Source: a virus. Taken from it: DNA of 64,000 bases. A program made the position numbers and the translations under genes. The stretch spans positions 32,001 to 96,000 of IMG/VR virus record IMGVR_UViG_3300005264_000040; one strand, given 5' to 3'. The notes under the pieces are model-generated. The model did no database searches and was not told where the DNA came from. It worked only from the letters and a program-made list of their open reading frames with translations. This document shows, piece by piece, positions 27,270 through 36,453 of this stretch (positions are counted from its first letter, which is position 1; each line of letters opens with the position of its first letter).

Positions 27270-28939
27270 TGATATCAGATACTTTGAATTGGTTTAAATA
27301 TATTGCTACCAAAGAAACCAGTGTAAGAGACTTTATAGGAATTTTTGACCAAAGAAAACCTATAAAACTTATAGACTTTATCAGAAAATATGATGATACT
27401 TTTATTCCGGAATTTGAACAGTCATGGTGGCAACAGAATAGAATGACCAAAGAACATTATAAACATGCTTATGTTTCAATTTTCTATTTAGATAGAGTTA
27501 CAAGAATGGGAAGACAGGTTATGAGATACGTTCATACTGATATTGGTATTATAGATTACAGAGGAGAAGATGTAGAAGCATTCATCAGATTCCAGGAAAG
27601 ACTAGGAAATAGAACTTATATCGCATATGATAGAATGGTAAAAGTCTCAACGGATATAACAAGGAACGGTTTTGCTGTAGATGTACATGCATTGAATGTC
27701 GCTGAAAACGGATTAAAACTCATGTTCAATCGAATAAAAGCAGTATTGCACAACCAATATAATTTAACATCTTTATCCAAACCACATTTATTAGCAAAAC
27801 ATATAAAAGAAAGATTAGAGCTTAAAGATGAACAATATGCTGAATATGCAATGGAAGCTACAGGAAACGAAACATCTTTAACAGCAAAAGAAACTCTCGA
27901 GACATTGATTTATTATTATCCAGACCATGAAGAATATCTTAAGTCTATACTACATTACAAAGATATATATGCAAAACTCAATGTAGTAAAACAAATCAGA
28001 AAACACATGAAATATCATCCGGATGAAGATATTTATAGAATCCATTCTATATTTAGACATAATACTTCAGCAACAGGACGTTTCATTTCATCTAATCCGA
28101 ATATACAGAATTTCCCAAAAGACAAAGATATAAGAAATATTTTAGGATTCCCTTATGGTTCAGATAAAGTATTAGTAAGTGCTGACTATCCACAAATTGA
28201 GTTAAGAGTGTTTGCTGATTTAAGGGCTGATTTCCATATCACATATGATTTGATAAAAGCATTCCAAGAAAATAAAGATTTACATAGAATTGCAGCATCG
28301 GCTATTTATAATAAACCATATGAAGAAATTACAGATGAAGAAAGACGCGTAGGTAAAGTATTAAACTTCGGTATATTATACGGTATGTCCCCTCAAGGAC
28401 TTAAGAGGTTATTATGGACGCAATTAAAAATGGATGTAACTGTTGAGGAAGCAAAACGATTCATAGACTTATATTTGAGTAAAAACGAATTTGTTGCCAT
28501 TAAACATTGGCACGAAGATATGTGGCCATACGTTTCAAATCGTGTTGATTCCAGAAATGGAAGAATAAGACACGACAATGAATTAAGGATTTTAATAGCA
28601 GACCATGCATTCTTATTAATACCATTCCATAAAGGTGAAAGAATAGAAACTACATTTAGAAGAATATTAAACTATCAGATACAGGCATCAGCAGCTAACT
28701 TAATAAAATATGCATTATCTTTATTAGATAAGAGATTAATTTCTGAAGGATTAGATGAAAAGATTAAGATAGTTAATGTAATCCACGATGAAATTATATT
28801 AGAAACAGAAAAGAAATATGCAAACAAAGCTGCAGAAATATTGAAATGGGCTATGGATACAGCAGCTAATACTTACTTAAGAAAAGTTTCAGCTGATGTA
28901 GAAGTCAATGTGAATCAAAAATGGGGTAATCTTAAGTAA
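27269..28939 (+). CDS. DNA polymerase family A (polymerase domain)
   Basis: TGRFISSNPNIQNFP, motif A ADYPQIELR, DLHRIAA, motif B RRVGKVLNFGILYG, NYQIQASAA, motif C IHDEII. Confidence 0.95.
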   Translation: MISDTLNWFKYIATKETSVRDFIGIFDQRKPIKLIDFIRKYDDTFIPEFEQSWWQQNRMTKEHYKHAYVSIFYLDRVTRMGRQVMRYVHTDIGIIDYRGEDVEAFIRFQERLGNRTYIAYDRMVKVSTDITRNGFAVDVHALNVAENGLKLMFNRIKAVLHNQYNLTSLSKPHLLAKHIKERLELKDEQYAEYAMEATGNETSLTAKETLETLIYYYPDHEEYLKSILHYKDIYAKLNVVKQIRKHMKYHPDEDIYRIHSIFRHNTSATGRFISSNPNIQNFPKDKDIRNILGFPYGSDKVLVSADYPQIELRVFADLRADFHITYDLIKAFQENKDLHRIAASAIYNKPYEEITDEERRVGKVLNFGILYGMSPQGLKRLLWTQLKMDVTVEEAKRFIDLYLSKNEFVAIKHWHEDMWPYVSNRVDSRNGRIRHDNELRILIADHAFLLIPFHKGERIETTFRRILNYQIQASAANLIKYALSLLDKRLISEGLDEKIKIVNVIHDEIILETEKKYANKAAEILKWAMDTAANTYLRKVSADVEVNVNQKWGNLK

Positions 28940-28954
28940 TAATATAAATAAGTC

Positions 28955-28978
28955 AGCGCCTTTAAAAGGCGCTTTTTG
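28955..28978 (+). terminator. intrinsic terminator
   Basis: agcgcc / ggcgct stem followed by T tract. Confidence 0.7.
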
Positions 28979-29043
28979 TGTTTTGTTTAAGATATTTTAT
29001 ATGTTATAATTAGATAGAATTAAATCTATAAGGAGGGGAAACC

Positions 29044-29403
29044 GTGAAAATTGATTTAGAAATTGTAACTCCAGATTCAAAAATAGTGGATAGTATGCAG
29101 GTTATTTCTCAAGTGCGATTGTTGTTGCAATCAGTTTATATCCTTACTATGAATACTGTCGAAGAGGATATAAAAAAAATAGGACAAATTAATAAACTTA
29201 AACATGACCCTAAATTACTTACGGAATTAAATGCAAAATTAAAAACAGTTCAAAACAGGTTCAATGTAATGCCTCCTATTGACGCTGTTATTTCTAATTT
29301 GAATATTGAATATAAAGAAGAAAAAGATGCAGTGACGGCTATTATGAATATTGAAATAAAAACGAATAACGGCACTACCCTCAAGTATCAACAAAACTTA
29401 TAA
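29044..29403 (+). CDS. hypothetical protein
   Basis: GTG start, SD AAGGAGGG, upstream TG-t-TATAAT at 29002-29010. Confidence 0.7.
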   Translation: MKIDLEIVTPDSKIVDSMQVISQVRLLLQSVYILTMNTVEEDIKKIGQINKLKHDPKLLTELNAKLKTVQNRFNVMPPIDAVISNLNIEYKEEKDAVTAIMNIEIKTNNGTTLKYQQNL

Positions 29404-29416
29404 GGCGGGATTTCTT

Positions 29417-29737
29417 ATGGGTACTTTAACAAAACAAATTAAAAGATATGAAAAAATAGTTTTAGAAGATGAAGAACAAAAAAAACACTATATAATATAT
29501 GATCCCATAATGCATTATATGTATTGTGAGACTTGCAATGAAAAAATTATCGTCTCTATGGCCTCCAGGAACGTCTCAGAAGTCCGATTTAATGTTTCTG
29601 ATACCATTTACTTAGAAATAGATAAAAACGTTGAAATAAAGGCTGATTTTTTTTCTTTTGAATGTAAATGTTCTAAATATAAAATAAATGCTCAATCTTT
29701 AAAAACACAATTAGACGAAGCAAAAAAAGGGTGGTAG
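29417..29737 (+). CDS. hypothetical protein, possible Zn ribbon
   Basis: CETC and CKC pairs. Confidence 0.6.
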   Translation: MGTLTKQIKRYEKIVLEDEEQKKHYIIYDPIMHYMYCETCNEKIIVSMASRNVSEVRFNVSDTIYLEIDKNVEIKADFFSFECKCSKYKINAQSLKTQLDEAKKGW

Positions 29738-29738
29738 T

Positions 29739-30167
29739 ATGTATGCGCAAATATATTTAAGCGGTAATTCCGCTTTATCTGAAATGCTAAAAACTAACGC
29801 TTCTTACGTTATATTAGCCCAACCTTCTACAGAAGTATTTTTTACTTCTCCAGCAAATATCTTAATTTCAACGGATCCGGAAGATGCGATAGCAGTATCT
29901 GCTCCTTTGAGTTCTATAAACGAATTGAATTATTATTTAAAATTATTACAAGATAAGTTTAATTTTCCTTCTACCATAAAGCATGATTTGAAGAAAAATA
30001 GCTTGTTAAGCATTGATAAAGATGTTTCACAGTATAAAAAAAGTTTTTTAAACTTTTGTTTTGTAGAACATCTTAGAATGTTATACTTGCCAAATTTCTT
30101 TACTTACACGCTTACTATTCCTTACGAGGAAGGTAAAAAACTCCTTCAGACTATGTATTACTTTTAG
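29739..30167 (+). CDS. hypothetical protein
   Basis: 142-aa ORF coupled to previous gene; ends at terminator. Confidence 0.65.
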   Translation: MYAQIYLSGNSALSEMLKTNASYVILAQPSTEVFFTSPANILISTDPEDAIAVSAPLSSINELNYYLKLLQDKFNFPSTIKHDLKKNSLLSIDKDVSQYKKSFLNFCFVEHLRMLYLPNFFTYTLTIPYEEGKKLLQTMYYF

Positions 30168-30189
30168 TCCCTTGTGGGACTTTTTTTTT
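30166..30189 (+). terminator. intrinsic terminator
   Basis: agtccc / gggact stem then T run. Confidence 0.75.
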
Positions 30190-30225
30190 ACCATGTGCAC
30201 TAAAAATATAGGAACGTCTGTAACC

Positions 30226-30328
30226 CGCTATTCATAGGGGTGCGTTTGAGGGGCAACGACTCTATTATATATATATAATAGGATCGTTAAACGTCATTTG
30301 CACCCCTTTGAATAGTGGATTTGCGACG
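30226..30328. repeat. 103-bp imperfect palindrome, copy B
   Basis: Core 41/42 identical in direct orientation to copy A; arms are reverse complements of the opposite arms of copy A (35/36 and 24/25). Confidence 0.95.
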
Positions 30329-30508
30329 TTTTGGAACGCAAATATGCTAATCTATTGCGTTTTGAATATCATAAAAAATATGGTAAAATAAATTAAAGTT
30401 TCAAAATAAGCAATGAAAGCATAAGATGTCATAAGATAAACGTTAGTTAGCAGAAATAAAAGACTTATGGTATAATAATATCGAAAAAGAAGAAATGGAG
30501 GGTGCATT

Positions 30509-31612
30509 ATGGATGACAATGCAGTAGTATATCAAAGATATGCTCAAGAAGCAGCTGAAAAATTTCTTAATCAAAATATACCCCTTAACGATACAATTGC
30601 TAAAATAGCAAAAGAAAATAGACTTGCCGAAGAAGAAATCCGACGTATAGTTGGATATGCAAATAAAATAGTCTTCTTAAAACTTTATGCTTCAACAGAA
30701 GAAAAAGATAAAATAAACTTTCCTTTAGCAGATGCAGATGAAATATTTTCAATGATTCCAGAATTAGAAAAAGCTCAAGAAAGAGCAAATGCAGCGTCAA
30801 ATGAAAATTTAACGAACGAAGAAAAAAGAAGTGGAACTGTAGCTGAGCAAGAAAAAACTGCTTCAGCTATAGATTCTTCATTATTTGATCTTACTGATGA
30901 AGAATTAAAAGAAATAGAGAATATGAATCCTTATGAAACAAAGGTAGAAGCATTTAGAAAAAAAGCTAGTATGGATTCATATTATGTAGATGAAGATATG
31001 TTTATAGATGTTACACGTCCTCTTACTGAAGAAGAACAAATGTATTTTGATATGATGAAAGAAAAAGAAGAAATAAAAAAAAGTTATGAGCAAAGTAATG
31101 AAATAGCAAAAAAATATGCATCTTTAGACGGTAATAGACTTGTTTTAAACAATGAAAAAATAAATAAATTATATATAAACTTCAAAGAAGCACACACAAA
31201 ATATGCAAGCTATAGAACACAAAGCGTACATTTGAGAAATGCTTTGGAAAAAGAAATATTAAGGTTGAGCAAAAATGAAGGATTACTACCTACCGATATA
31301 GTAAAAATTGCAAGGAATTTTGCTAAAAAAGACGGGACAGAATTTGATGCAAATGATATTTATTTATTAAAAGGTGTAGCAGAAGAAATAGTAGAAACAC
31401 ATCCGGAAATAATTCAATTCGTAAAAAAAGCAAATTTGGATTACAACTCAACAGTAAAAGAATCGTTAGAAAAAATAATGGATACTACTAAAGCTTTACT
31501 TACTAGTATAATAGAAACATCTTATTATAAAAACACATATCAAGAAAAAGAGGAAGAACTAAGGAAAGTAGCAAGGGCGTTTCCAGAAATATATTCAATG
31601 TATAAAATATAG
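30509..31612 (+). CDS. putative head-associated protein with KxAS motifs
   Basis: First gene of structural module; KTAS, KKAS, KYAS, KYAS; upstream TG-g-TATAAT at 30468-30476 and SD GGAGGG. Confidence 0.55.
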   Translation: MDDNAVVYQRYAQEAAEKFLNQNIPLNDTIAKIAKENRLAEEEIRRIVGYANKIVFLKLYASTEEKDKINFPLADADEIFSMIPELEKAQERANAASNENLTNEEKRSGTVAEQEKTASAIDSSLFDLTDEELKEIENMNPYETKVEAFRKKASMDSYYVDEDMFIDVTRPLTEEEQMYFDMMKEKEEIKKSYEQSNEIAKKYASLDGNRLVLNNEKINKLYINFKEAHTKYASYRTQSVHLRNALEKEILRLSKNEGLLPTDIVKIARNFAKKDGTEFDANDIYLLKGVAEEIVETHPEIIQFVKKANLDYNSTVKESLEKIMDTTKALLTSIIETSYYKNTYQEKEEELRKVARAFPEIYSMYKI

Positions 31613-31683
31613 GGTTCTATATAAAAAAATGCAAAAGAGGAGGTGAAAAGTTCCGGGGTTAATAAAACCTGGAACGAATTAAT

Positions 31684-32721
31684 ATGGAAAAATGGAGAAC
31701 ATTATTAATGAAATTAGCTGAAAAGGGTGCAGAAACACAGAATACCAAAGAACAGGAAACACAACCAGTAGAAACACCTGAAACCGAAACAGAAGACAAA
31801 CCAGTTTTATCTTTGGACGAACTTACGGAATTGGATGCTTTAGCAGAAAAAGCTACCGATATGATAGAAGAAGGTAAAAATCCAGAAGAAGTTTTAGGGA
31901 AAGCAGAAGAAATTGTTGAAGAATATTTTGAAGAAAAACAGTTAGTAGATAAAGAAATATTAACAGAAGAAGATGTAGCTAAGGCTTTAGATTATTTGGT
32001 AAAAGAAAAAGGTATGAATCCTGAAGAAGCGCAAGAAACTTTAATTCAACAATTAAAAACACAAGGATATGAACCTTATCAAGAACAAAACACAGAACAA
32101 AACGCAAAACAAGAAACTCCAGAGGAGATAACAGAAGAAGAAGTGCAAGCTGCATATAACGATTTAATACAGCAAGGATATTCTCCTGAAGAAGCAGAAA
32201 CTGCTATTTTGCAAGCTTTGAAAGAGCAGGGATATGAAGTAGAAAATATGGAACAAGCTAATGAAATTGAAAATATAGATGAAGAACAATTAGTAAATTC
32301 AATTTTAGAAAATGGTATTGAAGAACAAGATATAGAAGATGCATACAACGAATTAATACAAAGCGGATTATCTCCTGAAGAAGCACAAGAAGCTTTAGAA
32401 GAAACACTTCAAGAATTATCTCAAATAGCAGAAATAAATCAAGCTTATAACGAATTGATACAACAAGGATATACTCCAGAACAAGCACAACAAGCTATAG
32501 CTGAAGCATTAGAAACAGAACCTCAAGAAGGACAAGAGGAAGTTACACAAGAAGATGTAGATGCAGCATTTGAACAATTATTGCAACAAGGATACTCTCC
32601 AGATGATGCTTTAAATATAATACAACAAAATTTGGCGGAGTTAGGCTATTCTTTAGAAGAAGGAGAAGAAGAAAATACTGATATAGATACAGATACTTTA
32701 TTAAATATGTTAAGGGAATAA
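31684..32721 (+). CDS. highly acidic helical-repeat protein (scaffold-like)
   Basis: Five repeats of E(V/I)xxAYxxLIQQGYSPEEA; strongly E/Q/D-rich. Confidence 0.55.
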   Translation: MEKWRTLLMKLAEKGAETQNTKEQETQPVETPETETEDKPVLSLDELTELDALAEKATDMIEEGKNPEEVLGKAEEIVEEYFEEKQLVDKEILTEEDVAKALDYLVKEKGMNPEEAQETLIQQLKTQGYEPYQEQNTEQNAKQETPEEITEEEVQAAYNDLIQQGYSPEEAETAILQALKEQGYEVENMEQANEIENIDEEQLVNSILENGIEEQDIEDAYNELIQSGLSPEEAQEALEETLQELSQIAEINQAYNELIQQGYTPEQAQQAIAEALETEPQEGQEEVTQEDVDAAFEQLLQQGYSPDDALNIIQQNLAELGYSLEEGEEENTDIDTDTLLNMLRE

Positions 32722-32780
32722 AGGGTTAAGAGCGGAAAGCTCTTCCCCCTTTCTTAATAAAAGAAAGGATGGTGTAAATA

Positions 32781-33290
32781 ATGTTGAAATTGCCTAAGCA
32801 ATATATTGCAATAATAAAAAATAAACCAGTAATAAAACAACCAAAAAAAATAAGATTTAAAAAGAATGCATCTTTAAAAAAAGAAGCTTTCATAGGAGCT
32901 TTAGCTGGTACTTTTGGAAAAGCTTTGGTTGGTGATTTAGCAAAAAAAACTTCAAAAAAACTACTAGGCGGAAATGATGATAGTTTAATGCAAACTTATA
33001 AAAGCAAAATGCAAATAGTTGCACAATCAGCTCCTTATCATGGTTCTATTTCTGCAATGAAAAGAGAAATGGTTCCTTTGATGCAAAAGAAATTTCCTGA
33101 ATTAGATAAATCAAAATTAGAAAAATATATAGTAGATATTTATAGAATTGCACCTTTTATTTTTGTATCACCTGCAGTAGTAGAATCTGCTTTAAAAAGA
33201 GTGGTAACCTATGATGGAATAGACGTAGCTTTTGCTAAAGAACTAGCAGCAGCCAACCAGAACATAATGAAACAATATGTTTTGGTTTAA
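32781..33290 (+). CDS. putative head protein
   Basis: In head module; KNAS motif; SD AAGGATGG. Confidence 0.5.
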   Translation: MLKLPKQYIAIIKNKPVIKQPKKIRFKKNASLKKEAFIGALAGTFGKALVGDLAKKTSKKLLGGNDDSLMQTYKSKMQIVAQSAPYHGSISAMKREMVPLMQKKFPELDKSKLEKYIVDIYRIAPFIFVSPAVVESALKRVVTYDGIDVAFAKELAAANQNIMKQYVLV

Positions 33291-33310
33291 AAAAAGGTTG
33301 GTGATAACAA

Positions 33311-34921
33311 GTGATTGAAAAAACAATTTATCCTGATATATTAGGAACTGAAGAAGCTATATGGGGTTTTACAGATAAAAAAGATTTTATAAAAAAAGCA
33401 AGTATAAATTTTCAAGGAGAAATAGATCCTCAATTAAGAGAATTCCTTGATAATTTTAAACCAGACCCTAATTATGCATATGCACATGTTGTTGCAGTAG
33501 GAGCAGGAGAATATTGGGATGCAAATAGAAATGGCGATTACTTTCCAGAAAAATCATTAATAGAAAGCTATCATACTTTTTTAGATGGAAAAGTTTATGT
33601 AGAACACCAACATTCAGATGAATATGCAATAGGTAAAATAGTATTTGCTTATTACAATAAAAAGATGCATAGAGTAGAATTAATTATTGCTATAGATAGA
33701 GGCTTATCTCCAGAAACAGCCGAACAATTGGATAAAGGTGAAATGTTTGATGTTTCAATGGGTTGTAAAGTTCCATATGATGTTTGTTCTGTTTGCGGAA
33801 ATAAAGCTAAAACAACGGCAGAATATTGTGAGCATTTAAAGTATCAAATGGGAAAAATACTTGATAATCCTAAAGGGTTAAGAGTATATGCAATTAATGA
33901 AAAACCGACGTTTTTTGACATAAGTAAAGTTGCAGTGGGTGCAGAACCAACTGCGAAAGCTTTAAAGAAGGTGGCCTCTTTGAAAGGTTCTAATATAATG
34001 CTAAAGAAAGCAAAAGAAGATAAATATGCTTCTATTTTGAAAAAATTAAAAGGTTTAGCAATTGGAATGGATTCGGATGACTTTGCAAGAAATGCTGATA
34101 TAGAATTAGATAAAACAGAACCAATTCCAAAAGTAGTAATAATTAAAATGGTAAGGGAAGCAGATGGGGATCCTTTAGCTGTAATAAGAGAAGGTATGAG
34201 ATTTGGAATTCAATTTAGAGATGATGAAATAGATCAAATGCTTAGATGTGGAGACCCCGCTTTTGGAGCTTTGAATCAATCTGAAATGGGAAGTCTTATA
34301 GCTAATCCTTATAGACCATTGCCTGGAAGAGCAGGATTAGGTATAAGAAGAATGTTAGCATCATTTATGCCAAGACGTTCCTATTTGCCATATTTCTTTA
34401 TGCTGAGAATGGCACACAACCCTATTAACAAACTTGCATCAATAAGTAAAATGCCAGTTTTTCATGAAATGTATAGAACTGCTTTAGAAAAGAATGCAAG
34501 TCTTGTAGGAGATGTAGGAGAAGTAGGATTATTATTAGCTTTATTAGCAGCAGTAAAAAACAAACCAAAATATTATGTGGATCCATATGAAATATATAAA
34601 GCAAAAACAGTTAAAAGAAATGATCCATTTGTAAAACAATCTTCTTATCAAGATTATATGGAAAAAATTGCGGTAGTGTTCGGTCCAGTAATTTCTTTTG
34701 GTACAGGATTAGCAGCTTCACACGCTTTGAGTAGGCAAGCTAATCAAGAGAATGTAAGAAGAGCAAAAAGAGGAGAAATGCCAGATCCAATGTTAGATTA
34801 TTTAGCAAAACATCCAAATTTAGTAGGTTTTGCCGCAGGAGCAGCACTGTATCCAAGAACTAGAAAATTCTTTACTGCTGGATTAAAAGCTGCAAAAAAA
34901 GGAAAAACAATAGGAATTTAA
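33311..34921 (+). CDS. putative prohead (capsid maturation) protease with Zn-finger insertion
   Basis: NGDYF, VEHQH, DVSMGC, CSVCG..YCEH, FFDISKV...AEPTA resemble HK97 gp4/assemblin-type proteases; upstream of capsid gene. Confidence 0.7.
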   Translation: MIEKTIYPDILGTEEAIWGFTDKKDFIKKASINFQGEIDPQLREFLDNFKPDPNYAYAHVVAVGAGEYWDANRNGDYFPEKSLIESYHTFLDGKVYVEHQHSDEYAIGKIVFAYYNKKMHRVELIIAIDRGLSPETAEQLDKGEMFDVSMGCKVPYDVCSVCGNKAKTTAEYCEHLKYQMGKILDNPKGLRVYAINEKPTFFDISKVAVGAEPTAKALKKVASLKGSNIMLKKAKEDKYASILKKLKGLAIGMDSDDFARNADIELDKTEPIPKVVIIKMVREADGDPLAVIREGMRFGIQFRDDEIDQMLRCGDPAFGALNQSEMGSLIANPYRPLPGRAGLGIRRMLASFMPRRSYLPYFFMLRMAHNPINKLASISKMPVFHEMYRTALEKNASLVGDVGEVGLLLALLAAVKNKPKYYVDPYEIYKAKTVKRNDPFVKQSSYQDYMEKIAVVFGPVISFGTGLAASHALSRQANQENVRRAKRGEMPDPMLDYLAKHPNLVGFAAGAALYPRTRKFFTAGLKAAKKGKTIGI

Positions 34922-34932
34922 AATTTTAAAAT

Positions 34933-35259
34933 ATGGAGGTGTTCTTAATGGATGATATGATCAAAACTGCAGCAGATGCTGAAATAGCAAGATTAGGTGA
35001 AATAATGGGAAATTCATTTGCAGATGCAGTTTTAAAGAAGTTTGCTTCTGCTGGAATCACAACAGAACAAGCAACAGAAATATTAGCCAAAGAAGCAGCT
35101 GATAATGAAGTTTCAGGCGTAGTTGCAAAATTAAAAAGTTTAGCAGGAGCAGAATTAGTGAGTGCTATGAAGTCGTTGAGCCCTGATATGCAGAGAAAAG
35201 TTTTAGAAGCATCACCAGAATTAAAACAGAAACTTGCACAAGCTATGGCTGGTAAGTAA
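34933..35259 (+). CDS. putative head/scaffold protein
   Basis: Ala-rich helical; KTAA, KFAS, KEAA. Confidence 0.5.
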   Translation: MEVFLMDDMIKTAADAEIARLGEIMGNSFADAVLKKFASAGITTEQATEILAKEAADNEVSGVVAKLKSLAGAELVSAMKSLSPDMQRKVLEASPELKQKLAQAMAGK

Positions 35260-35293
35260 AAATGGTTTTAAAAACCAAAGAAGGTGATAACTT

Positions 35294-36004
35294 ATGAGTT
35301 TAGGAGAAGTTTTAATAAATACTACAGCAGTAAGACAAGTACTTGCAGATACTCCGATTATGGAACATATAAAAAGTGCAGCTTTAAGTCCGAAAGTTTT
35401 GAAATTATTATCAAAAACAAAAAAAGTAGGCGCTGCCGCTGCCGCTGGTTCCAAATTAGGTAAAACAAAAGAAATGTTAGATACTGCTTCAAGTGCTGGC
35501 AATTTAGCTTTTACAGGTTTGATGCTTGGTTCAATGGCACAAATGCAAAATGACGCTAAAGAAAAAGAAGAACAACAGAAGACTGCAAGTGTGGCTGGAT
35601 TGTTGATGAAACCAGTAAAATTTGTAGCAAAAAAGACTGGGAAATTTGCTTTAAAGCATGCTTTACCAGTAGCTGGAGTTGCTTCAGATTTGTCACAAAT
35701 GAGTGCAGCTAAACAGAAACCTTTAAATTTAACAGGAAAATATGCTTCTTATGAAGAAGGTGCAGATTTAAAAGATGTTATTGACGAAGCGTTAGGAAGT
35801 TTGAATGATTTTGAAGTAGAAAATTTTGAAGTAGAAAATATTAAGACTGCTTCAACTTCTGAAGGTACTTTAAAGGAAATTATGGAAATTTCGATGTCTC
35901 CTGAATCAATTGAATACACATTCGCGCCTTCAGAAGGAACAAGCGCAAATTACGATGATGTAATGGCGGAAATAGATCAAATTTCAGCGTTAGATTTAAT
36001 GTAA
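35294..36004 (+). CDS. putative scaffold/internal head protein
   Basis: KSAA, KTAS, KYAS, KTAS; acidic C-terminus; two genes upstream of capsid gene. Confidence 0.5.
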   Translation: MSLGEVLINTTAVRQVLADTPIMEHIKSAALSPKVLKLLSKTKKVGAAAAAGSKLGKTKEMLDTASSAGNLAFTGLMLGSMAQMQNDAKEKEEQQKTASVAGLLMKPVKFVAKKTGKFALKHALPVAGVASDLSQMSAAKQKPLNLTGKYASYEEGADLKDVIDEALGSLNDFEVENFEVENIKTASTSEGTLKEIMEISMSPESIEYTFAPSEGTSANYDDVMAEIDQISALDLM

Positions 36005-36032
36005 ATTATAAATATATTTAGGAGGTGTTTTT

Positions 36033-36425
36033 ATGTTTGAAGTTAGAACAGGTGTTATGAATGTACTCCATATTTCAAAGGAATTAGGCGTTGCTCCAGA
36101 AGTTTTAAAATATGGGATGGCAGTAACGGTAAATAATGAAGGAAAGGTTGTTCCACCAATAAAGGGTAAAGGGCCAATTTTCTTTGTATGGTCACATCCT
36201 GAAAGACCATCTGTAAAAGAATCAAATACAGTTGATTTAATTATGGGGGACATGTTAATTGAAACAAACAACTTTGACCCTGCAACAGCATCAATGCTTG
36301 TATCAGGAACAGCAGTGACTGTTGATAATCAAGGAAGACTTATTCCTGCTGACACAGCAGCTGGAGATTATGTAGTGGGTACAGTTGTGAAATTTAATGG
36401 TACAACTGTAGAAGTAAAAATATAA
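36033..36425 (+). CDS. putative capsid decoration/cement protein
   Basis: 130 aa, beta-rich, GTAVTVDNQGRLIPA...VVGTV pattern, directly upstream of capsid gene. Confidence 0.55.
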   Translation: MFEVRTGVMNVLHISKELGVAPEVLKYGMAVTVNNEGKVVPPIKGKGPIFFVWSHPERPSVKESNTVDLIMGDMLIETNNFDPATASMLVSGTAVTVDNQGRLIPADTAAGDYVVGTVVKFNGTTVEVKI

Positions 36426-36453
36426 TTAAGATAAATTAAAAATATTTTAGGAG

